Shown here piece after piece: positions 35,725 to 48,807 of a stretch of DNA of 64,000 nt. The position numbers and the translations under genes were made by a program. Position 1 is the stretch's first letter. Every line of letters starts with the position of its first letter. The notes beneath the pieces were generated by a model. That model was given only the letters and a program-made list of their open reading frames with translations. It did no database searches and was not told where the DNA came from. This DNA comes from Leucoraja ocellata (lineage: Eukaryota): positions 11,966,001-12,030,000 of the forward strand of contig JAWMAR010000008.1 of assembly GCA_036785375.1 (NCBI GenBank). Direction: 5' to 3'.

Positions 35725-37100
35725 GTCCCCGCTTAACCCCTCGCTTCCCACAGCCCTGCCCGCCCGGACTCCGCATTAACCCTGTAACCACCGCCGCTCA
35801 CAGTCCCCACCGGGATAGCGCGAAACACCGCCGGGGACCGAGGCAGCGCCGAGGGAGGGAGCGCTCTACTGCAGGCCCCCGGGGATTGCACACGGAGTGG
35901 GTGTCCTCACTGTCCGGGGCGGGAGGGCAGGTTGCAGGGACGGGGTGTCCCGTGGGAAGGGGGTGCGTTATCAGGGACTGTGTTTCCACAGGTTTTCACA
36001 GCCCATGTGAGTGTGAGGAGGCTCGCTGAAAGGTCCGCGTGGTTTCAGGGTCCTCGGGCTGTGGTCGTGCCCCTGGCCCGGAAGAGTCTCACAGATTGAC
36101 GGTCGGTGTATGGCATTGAGGTGCGGAGGAACACACAGAGACGCGCCGCTCCGTCCCGGGGTGGGTGTGTGCGAGGTGTCCGGGGGGCGCGCTGCACTCC
36201 CCCCGAGGTCTCCCATAGCGACCCCCCCCCCCCCCGCTATCTTAGTCCAACAACATCACGCGGAAAAAACACCTTCACATCCGCTGCTCGCTTCCCGGAT
36301 AATCGCCGTGCATCGCAATGGCTATCCAGTTTGGGACGTCTCCACATCCCCCTCCCACCCGCAGTCCCAGCTCTCCACTCACCCCTTCAATCATTCGGCC
36401 CGTCTCTGCAAACTCTGGACGTACCTGGACCTCAGCAGCCCACATGTACACGGGGTTCCCTTCCCGGAAATAACGGCGCCGTTGGAATAGTTGAAACCGG
36501 AGTGGAGTTACAGCCTGGCGCGGGTACGGGCGGGTGGGTGTGTCGGTGAGTTGGAGGCTTAGCCTGTCACACTGTCCCGAGGCAAGTGCCGACACTGTGG
36601 GAACACGCGGCTACCCGACCCAAACCTTAGACAGTGAAGACCAGAGACCGCAGAACGTGCCCGGGAGATACTCACGCGGTTCATCCCCACTCAGTCTCGC
36701 TCAGCCCCAACCACACCAGAGCAATCCCAACTCACCCCAACCCAACCCAGACTAAACTAAACCATGCCATTCCTCAACCCCATCCACACTTGGCCATCCC
36801 AACCCAAGGCACTGCCGACACGTTGAGTTCCAATACCAACCCAATCCGAATTCCACATCTCGACCCAGACACATCCGGCTTGAACCCAGACTCTAGATCC
36901 GTGCCCACTCGCTGACATCTCAGCCCAGTTCAAATCATCCCAACTCTGAGCGAATCCCACCTCAGTCCTCGCTCCACCTCGGGCACAGCTATTGGGGTCG
37001 GCCCGTCCGGTGGTGCCCACCGCGGTGCCCACGTGGTGATGCCGCGACTCCAGCTCGGGTTTTTTTGGGGGGGGGGGGAGATGCGGAGAACAAACCGCAG

Positions 37101-37680
37101 TCTTACCGTAGTCCACCGAGCTGCAACACCGCTTACATCCGAAGGGAACACGAAACAGACGGGATGACAGTGGATAGGCGGGCCGGTGCATCGGTGGTTC
37201 GGGTCGCTCCGGTCTGGCTGGTGGCTACATAGGCGGCTGAGTTGCTGCCGCGGCTGCTTTTATACGGAGGGGTGAGAGTGAGATCCCCGGGCGAGCGAAT
37301 CCCGAGCACCGACACACTGCGCACGCTCTACGTCACGACCGCACTCCGCAATGCTAGCGGGTTATTAATAAACAGGCTGCGCTGGGTGGGAGAGCGGCTC
37401 GGAGCCACACCAGCCGCCCGCCGACCCGCCGCCTCACTCAGCACCACTGACGGCACTGAGCCCAACACAATCGCACCGAGACGCCGGCAAATAGTGTTGA
37501 CCCCCCCCCCCCCCCCCCCCTCAGCTGCGGGCGGCGGGCGGTCGAGCCTCAGCCGGGCTCGCTTCTCTACATTTGGGCGGCGGAGAGGGTGGGCTGAGGG
37601 GACCCGGGATATTCGCCGTCCCAGTGGCGGGATGGAGAGGGCGAGGGGAATGCGGGAGGGACAGGATTAAATATAGCAGA
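37101..37680 (-). promoter_or_regulatory. Putative pri-miR-212/132 promoter and first exon
   Basis: Minus-strand TATAAAAG (37257-37264), TGACGTA (37329-37335), MEF2-type TTATTAATAA (37362) and TTAAATATAG (37667). Donors AT|GTAAGC (37136) and CG|GTAAGA (37106). CpG island. Confidence 0.7.
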
Positions 37681-39548
37681 AATCTCGGGGTGCGGGGAGA
37701 TGAAATGGTGGGTGGGGTGTGGGTGAAGGGGATGGGGGGGGGGGGGGGGTGCGGGGGTAGGGTGTGTGCTGTCAGGAACACAGACTGTGGCCGCCAGCGT
37801 GGGTCGGACGGACAGGGAGCTGGATGGTAACAGTGGAGTTTGGGAAATACCCGGGTAAAAGACGGCGCCAGATCCCGTCGTGAGTTGTTCCGCCACGTGA
37901 GACAGTGACATATCCACCGAGAATGACACAACGTACACGAGGGGAGTCTCAGTGCCCCAGAGGGAGCGATCTAAGTGCTGACTCTGTCGGCAGCACGGAT
38001 ACTCAGCGTGCGTGGCACATATACCAAGCGCACGATACTGACACCACACACAGGGCAAGTCTGGCGCTGGTATCCATTGTAGGAAGGCAGGTGTGAGAAT
38101 GATTGCAGTGCACACTGTGAGAGTAGTCCCAGTGCACACTGTAGAGGGAGACGGGGTGAAGTAATGGAGAGAAAGGATGGGGAGAAAGGGAAGGGAGAGA
38201 GATATGTGACTTGGTGTGGCACTTGGTGTGGCAGTCCCTCAAGGTGGTGCGAAATCAAGCCAAACAGCTCCTCGAACCCTTGGATGCTTTTTGCATCGAA
38301 CCTCATCAACTTTGATTATTCCAGTCCAAAAGCCCCAATGAACCTGTTTCCACAGCCCTCCCGATCACCCCCCCCCCCTCCCCCCTCCCTCCCTTCTTTC
38401 GGCTCGTCTGCAGGGACTTCGCTTCAGACACAGAGTGAAACTCCCTCTACTTGTCCCATCACACACTCCCTGAGTCAGAAACTGAGTGAAGCTCCCTCTA
38501 CACCATTCTATCGCCCAATCCCAGGATCGGAAGCAGAATGAAGCCCTCTCTATACTCTCCCATCACACACTCCCAGGGGAACAGGTGGAAGTCTCCTCTA
38601 TACTGTCCCGTCGCAGATTCATAGAGCAGTGACGAGCTGCTTCAGTCGGTGTGTTACAGGTTGAGATGAGAGGAAGAAACTGAGGTTGTTTATCCAACAG
38701 GTTTTGCTGGTGGACTGGAGAGCTGCCCAAATGACATGGGCAGTATTCAGTTGACCCGGGGAAGGACACCTCCTCCCGATAAATGCCGACCACTTACAGT
38801 ATATCCCCGAAACGCCAACATCTGGTGGAGTAGCGTTCACTTGCGCCGCCCTCCAGTCCCTTGACTCCATTCGGTGTTCACCTGTGGTCTCTTCTGAATT
38901 GGTGAGTCTAAAGTCAGATCTGGTGACTACGTTTACAGAGCTCCCCGTTACTTTAATCTCCCCACCTCACCGCCACCCTGATCTCAGTCTGTAACCTCCT
39001 GCACTGGTACAACGAGGTGTAACACCAGCGGGTGGAACAACACCTCATCTCCCAGCCTTGCACGTTGCAGCCGACCAGACTTGGCAATTCAGGGAACTTC
39101 AGGGAATCTCTTTTATATTAGAAGCACCCGCCTCTGCTGTGGTCATCCATCTATGACATGAAGTCAGTCTCCATGCTGCCATTGCCCGATCTGCTGGACA
39201 TTCCCCACAATTCTGACCTTTACTTCACACCTACTGCACAGTTAGATACGGGAGGAAACAAAAACAATGTTATTTGTTGATTTCTTTCTCGCTACCCTCA
39301 TTAATGGAGACGTAGAGTCACGGAGCTGCACAGCATGGAAACAGGCCCTTCGGCCAACATGTCCATGGCGCCCAAGTTGGCATTCTTCCCACTTGTCTAG
39401 ATCTGGCCCGGAGCTCTCTAAACCCGTCATACACACACAATATAAAGTTCTAATATATATATTTATATATAATATAGATATTAGAACTTTCAATTTTATT
39501 TCTATATTATTTCTAGTTTTATTATATATATAATTAGAACTATTAAAA

Positions 39549-39764
39549 NNNNNNNNNNNNNNNNNNNNNNNNNNNNNNNNNNNNNNNNNNNNNNNNNNNN
39601 NNNNNNNNNNNNNNNNNNNNNNNNNNNNNNNNNNNNNNNNNNNNNNNNNNNNNNNNNNNNNNNNNNNNNNNNNNNNNNNNNNNNNNNNNNNNNNNNNNNN
39701 NNNNNNNNNNNNNNNNNNNNNNNNNNNNNNNNNNNNNNNNNNNNNNNNNNNNNNNNNNNNNNNN
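39549..39764. other. Assembly gap (216 N)
   Basis: Run of n. Confidence 1.
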
Positions 39765-40419
39765 TTAACATTCTAATGGTATCCGTTTCAATGGCTTCCT
39801 CTGGCAGCTCATTCCAGATATGGGCTACCCTTTGACTGAAACTAAAATCAGAAGATCAATTTAACAATAGTTTTCTTTGGCAATCCGTCCGTTATCTTCC
39901 CATAGATAAAGCCTTTCCCCCAGCCATCTCCACCGCTGCAAGACGCAGTCATGGAGGCATGAAGCGCGGAAATAGGCCCTTCCGCTCAATTTGTCCATGT
40001 CCACCAAGGTACCCCGTGTAAACTAACCAATTTCACCAGTATTTGCCCCTGTTTGAGGGAGAGAAAGGCGACCTCTGGGAAGGGTAGACCTGGATAATAC
40101 CATCATCAACACTATAATCTATTCCAAATCCATCACCAAGAGACCTGAGCCTCTGTACCTCTGCAACCGAATCCTTGACCAATTCACCGACAGACCTCAA
40201 TCAGCGCAGCTCCAATGCCATCTATACATTCACTCACTATGGTGGTGCTGGTTCAGCATACAGGAGATATGAGGGGCATTTGGTTCAGTGCTGCAAGGAC
40301 TGCCTTTCACTACACGCTAACAAGTCTCAGGAACTAATCATTGACTTCAGAAATGGGCAGCTGGGAGACCACATGCCAGGTTTTGTTCAGTGGCCAGCCC
40401 TGGAGACACAGGTCACCTT

Positions 40420-40865
40420 AGCAAGGGGTTAGACAGGACTGTTGTGAGTCTCTGCAACAGGAGCCGAGCACGGGCCCTAAGCTAGCAGACTGCCAGTCTC
40501 CATGCTGTGGTCTGGCTGGGCAATTCGGGCCCTCTCCTTGCTTTTGCTGCTGTACTTCTTCTGGGGCAAGAGGAGGCACGGAGTACATGTGTGGTTCGAG
40601 GTATCCCAAGCGAAGAAGCCGTTCAGTCCCTGGTGGGGGAAACTCATGGTGCTTGGTCAGGCTGCTCCTGGGCCTGGCCAAGGAGGCCATTGGCAAGTTA
40701 AAACCGAGCTGTCCCCCTGAGCCCACTTGTTCGTGCCCGGGCGGCCCGAGAGAGGGAGCACGGCGTGTGTACCTCTCTCCGGAGGCCTCGCTGGACGGGT
40801 GGCCGCCGCAGGCACTGGAGTGGGTCCAGGGCAGATATGGTCACGTTTTAATTTGAATTTTAGTC
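40420..40865 (+). mobile_element. Tx1/L1-clade LINE 3' fragment, decayed
   Basis: Frameshifted pieces HVWFE...LVRLLLGLAKEAI...VRARAAREREH...WPPQALEW...VLI*, resembling the Tx1-like ORF2 C-terminus. Confidence 0.65.
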
Positions 40866-41364
40866 TGGTATATAGATATTGTAAATCTGTAAATACACCT
40901 TCATTGTAAATGAAAAGCGAGCGAGGGGAGGGCGCTGCGAGGCGCGTTATGTGCAGGGATGGGGGCGGCGGTCTCCACTGCACAGTCAGCCCAGCGATGG
41001 GGATCGTGCCGGGAACACAAGGGGCTGTGGTGGGCGAACGGTGGGCGAACAGTGGGCGGCCTTGCGCGGCGGGACCGGCGAGAGGAGGCGGACTATCCTC
41101 TCACAAAGGGGCCCGCCTACGCCGGCGTCGCGGGTTAGCGGTGAAATCCTCAGTCACTTTCATCCAGAGGTCTGTTGTTCACTCAAGGCCAAACTCAAGA
41201 AGAAGGAAGCCTCGGAAATCTGTTGCCACGAGCAACCGTCTTGCCGTGATGGCCAACTACTGAATTTGAAAGTTTTTAATCGTTGCGAAACTGAATTGTC
41301 CAAGGCCAGATACGTCAGCAACGCGCAAAACAGATCCGCTCGATAGGGCGCCTCGTCTCCCCTC

Positions 41365-42730
41365 ACCCCAATCCGGACCAACCCCACCCGGGCCTATCCC
41401 ACCCAAACCAACCCGGACCAATCCGGACCATACCCACCCGGGCCTATCCCACCTATATCAGTCCCACCCAAACCAACCCGGACCAATCCGGACCAAACCC
41501 ACCCGGTACAATCCCACCGACCCGACCCAGACCACCCCACCCCACCCGGGCCAATCCCACCCGGACCAAAGACCAAACCAACCTAACCAACCGGACCCGG
41601 ACCCAGACCCAGACCCAGACCCAGACCCAGACCCAGACCCAGACCCAGACCCAGACCCAGACCCAGACCCAGACCACCACCCCCCCCCCCCCCCCGACTT
41701 ATCCCACCTGGACCAATCCCATTTAAAACTAACCCGATCCACACCACCACACCCGGACCAATCCGGACCACCCCACCCGGGCCTATCCCACCTATATCAG
41801 TCCCACCCAAACCAACCCGGACCAATCCGGACCGGCCCATCCCACCCGGACCAAACCAACCCAAACCAATCTCACCCGGACCACCCACCCAGACCAATCC
41901 CACACGGACCAAACCAACCCAAACCAACCGGACCCAGACCACCCCTCCTCTGACATCCCACCTGGACCAATCCCATTTCAAACCAACCCGATCCACACCC
42001 GGACCAATCCCACCCAATCCAACACGACACACCCTGACGACCACCCCCCCCCCCGCGTCACCAAACCAACTATCTCATCATTCGCGACACCAACCCCGTC
42101 CAGACAAACATAGCTATCCCCACCCAGACAGCCCGCCACGACCCACCCACCCAAATCACGTTACACACACAACCCCACACAGATATCCCCACCTAGGTAG
42201 CCCACCCGAACCGACCTCACCTGAACCAACCCCACCCAAACCACCCCACACTGATCACCTCACACAGCCACCCAACCCAGCCAAATCCACCGAGCCAACC
42301 CCACCCGGCCAAACCCTCCAAGATCACTTCACATACACACACACATATCCAACCCTGACCACCACAGACCAACCCACCCTCCCAGACCACCCCAGCCCAG
42401 TCCAAACTCCAACCCCGCCCAGTCAACCCCACACAGATACCCGCACCTAGACAACCCCACACAGCCAACCACTCACACACAGCCAGACACACCCAGCTAG
42501 ACGAGCCCCTCACGATACCGCCGAAACAACCCTACACAAATACCCCTATCCAGACCACCCACCCGAACCCACCCCGCTCAGACACCTCACACTGATAACC
42601 CCTCATAGACAACCGCACACGGACATCAACCAGCCAATCCCACCTAGACAACCCAAAGGTGTTACAAACCCACTGGAACCAACACCACCTAGACAAGCCC
42701 ACCAAGACCGATCCCAACCAGACCACCCCA
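41365..42730. repeat. C/A-rich low-complexity satellite including (GACCCA)n at ~41593-41675
   Basis: Units resembling cccggaccaatcccac. Source of the WV/GS/GL repeat ORFs. Confidence 0.9.
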
Positions 42731-42734
42731 TCCA

Positions 42735-43500
42735 GGCAGTTAGGAAATATAGACAGTGAAACAACAGTTGGAGTGTGGACAAGTGTGAGATGTTGCACTT
42801 TGGAATGCAAATGTAAGAGGAAAGTATGCAGTAAATTACAGCAACGTGGGGACACTGTCCCACAGAGAGGACTTGGGTGCAAGTCCATAACACGCCGAAA
42901 ATGGCGACACAAGTAGATAGAGTGTTAAAGAATGCGTTTGGCATGCTTGACCATCGGTGAAGGTATAGTGTATAAGGACGTCATGTTGTAACACTATCAG
43001 TTCTGGTCGTCCCATTACAGGAACTGTGTGGAGGCTTTGAAGAGGACGCGGAGGATGTTTACATGAATGCTGCCTGGATTAGAGGGTATTATCTATAAGG
43101 AGAGTGGACAAACTTTAATGGTTTCCTTGGGAGGCCGAGTCGGAAGCTGAGGGATGATCTAGTCGAAGCATATACAGTGCAATTATGAGAGGAATTGATA
43201 AGGAAGATCGAACATTTTTTTCTCAGAGTGTAAATGACAATTACTAGAAGATGTAGGTTTAAGGCGAAAGTTTAAAGAAGATTTTATAAGGCATTTAACA
43301 GAGAGTGGCGGATGCCTGGAATATTCTACCAGACGAGCTGGTGGAAGGAGATACGATAGCATGGTTTAAGATGTTTTTAGGCAGACACAGGAGCAGACAG
43401 GGAATAGACCAAGTGTAGCTACTCATGCAGTTTCACTTTACATCATGGTCAGCATGGACATGGTGGGATGAATGGCCTGTACCTGAGCTGTACTGTCCAT
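42735..43500 (+). mobile_element. Decayed CR1 LINE 3' part
   Basis: aagtgtgagatgttgcactttgg...cagagaggacttggg...cagttctggtcgtcccattacaggaa... through to ggcctgt tail. Confidence 0.8.
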
Positions 43501-45871
43501 TGTTCCAGTAACAGGGCCTGACATGTAGGGCATTTCCGGCAACCCTGCATTTCCCAGTTTTGGCATTCCCATGTGTTTTTTCTCTCTCACAGAGACTCCA
43601 TTCAACTAACTCCATCAATAACTTGCCTCTACGCTCACCCAATAAGAGGTATTCAAGCTGAACTGTTTCAGATATACGACTTGGAATGGTGCCCTGCTTC
43701 TCCGTCCATAGATGTTGCCTAACATGGTGAGTAGACTATTCGGCCCTTCTCGCCAGACTATTATTGAATAAGACCTTTGTGATCGGGATGGGAACCGGCG
43801 GGCCAGGAGCCGATAGCGGGGCGGGGTAGAGCAGCCGCGCTAAGGTTGCGGCAGCCTCGCCTCCGGCACTGGGCTTCTTGTCCCCATGAAGCCGCGCCTC
43901 GCCCTGCTCTCAGCTGGGCTCTGGAGCATCGAAGAGGACATGTAGGGGCGAGGGTTGCTTCCGTAAGGAGAGGAAAGTGAGGCGAGAAACAGCGTCATTC
44001 AGCCGCAGACCGAATCAATCCCCACTCCACCCCTCCCCTGTTGTCAAAATGGTCTGTGGGAGTGTTGCACCACGCGAGCCCGACCCCGGCCATAGTATAC
44101 ACGGTGCCCCGCGGTTTCCCCGCGCCCGGGCCTGGGGCCATGGAGCTGACGGCAACACCCCATGCGTTCATCTCTCCAGAATCGCCATTCCCGCATCCCG
44201 AGGTGGGACATATTCAGAGATTGACTTGAACCGCAGGTCCTGACCCGAAACGTCGCCTATCTATATTCCCCCGTGATGTCGCCTGACCCATTAAGTTACT
44301 CACGCATTCTGTGTCATTTTTTTGTAAATCGGCAGCTGCAGGTGTCGTTTCTCTACATGTGGGGTGCGGGCCGCGGGCGGGCAATCCGCCACCTTCCGTG
44401 GATGCGTTGAAACCATGTTCACAGGGAGCTGGACTTCAGTCCCTGCCCCTACCCCCGCCCGCCCCGCTCTCACCTGGTGAGGCCCCTGCTCCCCGTCTCC
44501 TTTCAAAGCCGGTGAGACTTGTAGCAGACTTCCTTCTGGGTGGTAAGGACAGGTGCGACGTGAGGCTGATATCAGGGAGCTGATGGGGAGAAGGTTGGGC
44601 TGCGTTGGTTGCTGGCGAGGAGAAGGTGGATTGGATTGTCCCTGCACTCACACGGGTTGGAAGGAACAGACTGATCTTGTAACATGCGCGTTTTAGGTTT
44701 GACAGAGTAAATGTTGAGGAGAAGAGGAGGTATTCCCCATGAATGTTCCCTGTTAGTGATCCGTTCGTTCGTCAGACGCACAGTCCCGCTTCCCGGCTAC
44801 AGACAGTCCTCTCTCTGTAGTGAGCTCTTCACCCTCCTCTTCCCCTCCAACCTGCGGTCCCGTGTCAAATGACAATGAAGTGTTGGTCGGAGGTGGCGCC
44901 GTGTCCTCGCCTGCTTCCCTGGGCAGCTTGAGCTGCATTTTATCTGGGTCTGGCGATTTACTCACTTTTGAAAACCCACTGCCGATATTTCCAAGGACAT
45001 TTCGCACGGTGGCTCCTGTTTCTCTCTCTACGGACGCTGCCCAGCGTGGTGAGTAAGCCATTCGGCGCCTCCCGCCGAACTATCACTGTGTGAGATTTGA
45101 CCGCCTCCCCATTGACTCCGTGAATCTGCGGTCGTGGCGGGGTTCTATCTCAACATCGATCCCCGCGATGGCGGGGGACACCGGCGGACCAGGGGACGAA
45201 TGCGGGACGGGCTGAGAAAGCAGACCCAAATAATGTATTGAGGGTCACACCCATGTCTTGCCTCCATATCCGGGTTGCGCTTTGCTCTGCTGGTCACTTC
45301 TATTCCTCTTTAATCCATTTGCCCTTTATACACTAAAACTAACACCGGGTTTCTCTGAATCTACCAGCCAGCTTGCTGTTATCCTCGGGCTTTGAGCGCT
45401 GTTGAGCTCAGCTCCTCATGGAGTCTTTTTTGGAGAGTGAGGAAATCGGAGCACCCGGGGAAAACCCACGCAGTCAGAGAGAACGTACAAACTCCCACAG
45501 ACATCGAACCACTGTGCCTCCCTTAGTGGAATGTTAGGGACCTGGGGGGGGGGGGGGGGGGGGGGGGGGGCTGTGTGGCGACCTTGGAGAATCTGGGGTA
45601 CCGGGCAGTCCAGTGATGTGCCGCTGGGCCGTGACTGAGATGCTGGGCCGGGTCTGCGCTGCCGGACCGGGACTGAGCCGCCGAGCTGGGATCAACTGTG
45701 TGGAGAGGTCCACGCGGAGCATTGAATCTCTCACCCGATGCCAGGAGACGGGAGTCTCTCTCGCGATTTGTGAAACAGGGAAACCGCAAGGGACTGCGAA
45801 CTGAAACAGTCAGATATTTACTGCAAAATACTCAAACCATTACTTTCTAAAACTTCGTGCTTTGATTTCGT

Positions 45872-45899
45872 CTGAAGAAGGGTCTCGACCCGAAACGTC
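45872..45899 (+). ncRNA. Minimal hammerhead-ribozyme-like motif, second intact copy (a third at 50180-50207 on -)
   Basis: Identical CTGAAGAAGGGTCTCGACCCGAAACGTC. Confidence 0.55.
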
Positions 45900-47049
45900 A
45901 CCCATTCATTCTACCCAGAGATGTTGCCTGACCCGCTCTGAGTTACTCCAGCACTTTGTGTCTATCTTCGTTGTTTGATTGCTTAAAACGATGCTTGAAG
46001 ACGTTTATTAAATATTTATTGTTTATACTTTCTTTTAAGTTTTGAAAAGTTTCTCAACGTTTTGGAAACAGCCAGATTTCAAAAGATTTGAACCATTGGT
46101 AGTTCAATCTGTGTTTTTTGGTGTTTCATTTCACGAATGCATGTTCAGAAGTTATTTGAGTAGAATTAGGCCATTCGGCCCATCGCTTCTACTGCGCCAT
46201 TCAATCATGGTCGATCTCCGCCTCCTGATCCTATTTTCAGCCTTCTCCCCATAACCATTGACACCCGTTGTAATTGGTCTATCTCTGTCTTAAAAATATC
46301 CACGGACTTGAGGTGCACAAGATCATAAGAAGAATAGCTCGGGTAATTCACAGTATTTTACCCAGAGTAGGAGAATCGAGTACCAGAGTACAGAGGTTTT
46401 TGGGTGAGGAGGGAAAGACTTAATAGGAATTTGAGGGGTAACCTTTTCACACAAAGGGTAGTGGGTGGATGGAACAAGCTGCCACAGTGGGTAGTTGAAA
46501 CTTGTACTATCGCAACGTTTAAGAAACATTTTGACCTGTACAGTGATAGTACAACTTTTGAGGGATATGGGCCAAATGCAGGCACGTGGGACTAGTGTAG
46601 ATGGGGCATGTAGGTCGGCGTGGGCAAGTTGGGCTGAAATACCTGTGTCCATGCTATAGGATTCTACGACTCTATGACTAAGGTATATATATATATATAT
46701 ATATATATAAAGGAGGTGGATATATAGATTAGACTGCAGACACTTTCTCTGTATTAGAGCTAGCTAAAACTGAATCACAGGGATTTTGGGCAATGGGCAA
46801 GAGATTTGGAGAGGATCCAAGAGGAACCTTTTCATCTAGAGAGAGCCAGATTCATTTTACAGAAGGTCACACCTTTGGCAGGCAGGCCCACGGCACAGAA
46901 AGAGAAATGTTCTTCCTCTTTACCACTATACTTCTTCAAATGCTATGCAAAAGGAATAGCCAAGAAAGTACACCAATGCCTCTACTTACCTGCGAAGACT
47001 TGGGAAGTTCGGCATGTCCCCAATAAACTCTTACCAACTTGTACAGAAT

Positions 47050-48790
47050 GCGCATTTTATCGGGATGCGCTCATCGTTGCTACGTTGTACTGCTTCTCTT
47101 TTATTTTTATACTGTCCATGACGTCCCTTGTCAGCCACGGTTGCTCCTTACTCCCCTTGGAATCTTTCCTCCTCCTAGGAATGAACTGATCCTGCACCTT
47201 CTGTATTATTCCTAGAAATACCTGCCATTGTTGTTCCACTGTCATCCCTGCTATGTGTATCTTTCCAGTCAACTTTGGCCAGCTCGTCCCTCATGGCCCC
47301 AAAGTCTCCTTTGTTCAACTGTAACACTGACACCTCCGATCTATCTTCTCCCTCGCCAATTGTAGATTAAGCCTGACCATATTGTGGTCACTACCTCCTA
47401 ATGGCTCATTAACCTCGTTCCTTTATCAAATCCGGTTCATTACATAACACTAAATCCAAAATTGCCTTCTCCCTGGTAGGCTCCAATACAAGCTGCTCGA
47501 AGAATCCATCACGCACTCTACAAAGTCCCTTTCTTGGGGTCCAGTACCAACCTGATTTTCCCAGTCTACCTGCATGTTTAAATCTCCCATAACAACCACA
47601 GCATTACCTTTGCTCCATGCCAATTTAACTCCTGATTCAACTTGCACCCTATGTCCAGGCTACTGTTTGGGGCCGGTAGATAAGTCCCATCAGGGTCTTT
47701 TTACCCTTACAATTCCTTAGTTCTATCCATACTATATAACCATATAACCATATAACAATTAGAGCACGGAAACGGGCCATCTCGACCCTTCTAGTCCGTG
47801 CCGAACACGTATTCTCCCCTAGTCCCATATACCTGCGCTCAGACCATAACCATCCATTCCTTTCCCGTCCATATAACTATCCAATTTATTTTTAAATGAT
47901 AAAAACGAAACTGCCTCCACCACCTTCACTGGAAGCTCATTCCACACAGCCACCACTCTCTGAGTAAAGAGTTCCCCCTCATTTTACCCCTAAACTTCTG
48001 TCCCTTAATTCTCAAGTCATGTCCCCTTGTTTGAATCTTCCCTACTCTCAGTGGGAAAAGCTTATCCACGTCAACTCTGTCTATCCCTCTCATCATTTTA
48101 AAGACCTCTATCAAGTCCCCCTTAACCTTCTGCGCTCCAAAGAATAAAGTCCTAACTTGTTCAACCTTTCTCTGTAACTTAGTTGCTGAAACCCAGGCAA
48201 CATTCTAGTAAATCTCCTCTGTATATACTGTATACTGACTCCACATCTCCTGTTTGAATGTCACCCCTTGCAAGGGACTGAATTTCATTCCTCACCAACA
48301 GAGCTACCCCACCCCCTCTGCGCACCTGTCTGTCTTTTCGATAGAAGGCATACCCTTGAATATTCAGTTCCCAGCCCTGGCCCTCTTGCAGCCATGTCTC
48401 TGTAATTTCGACAACATCATACTTGCCAATTTCTAACTGAGCCTCAAGCTCGTCCACTTTATTTCGTATACTTCGCGCATTTATATACATAGAAACATAG
48501 AAACATAGAAAATAGTTGCAGGAGGAGGCCATTCGGCCCTTCGAGCCCGCACAGCCATTCATTGTGATCATGGCTGATCGCCCCCTATCTATAACCCGTG
48601 CCTGCCTTCTCCCCATATCCTTTGACTCCACAAACCCCTAGAGCTCTATCTAACCTCTCTTAAGTCCATCCAGTGACTTGGCCTCCACTGCCCTCTGTGG
48701 CAGGGAATTCCATAAATTCATAACTCCCTGGGTGAAAAAGTTTTTTCTCACCTCAGTCTTAAATGACCTCCCATTTATTCTAAGACTGTG
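47050..48790 (-). mobile_element. CR1 ORF2 endonuclease region with two CR1 3' ends (47735-48222 nested; 48487-48790 abutting)
   Basis: Minus ORF YINARSIRNKVDELEAQLEIGKYDVVEITETWL...RKDRQVRRGGGVALLV and VVVMGDLN (APE-type endonuclease). The 3' ends carry (GGTTATAT)n and (TTTCTATG)n tails. Confidence 0.9.
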
Positions 48791-48807
48791 GCAAGCGAGA
48801 TACAGTG

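Noticed and set aside
40910-41346. GC-rich ORFs as the TSR1 or HIC1 first exon
   Set aside because: The translations do not resemble either N-terminus.
41394-42513. WV, GS and GL dipeptide-repeat ORFs
   Set aside because: They are translations of (GACCCA)n and the surrounding low-complexity satellite.
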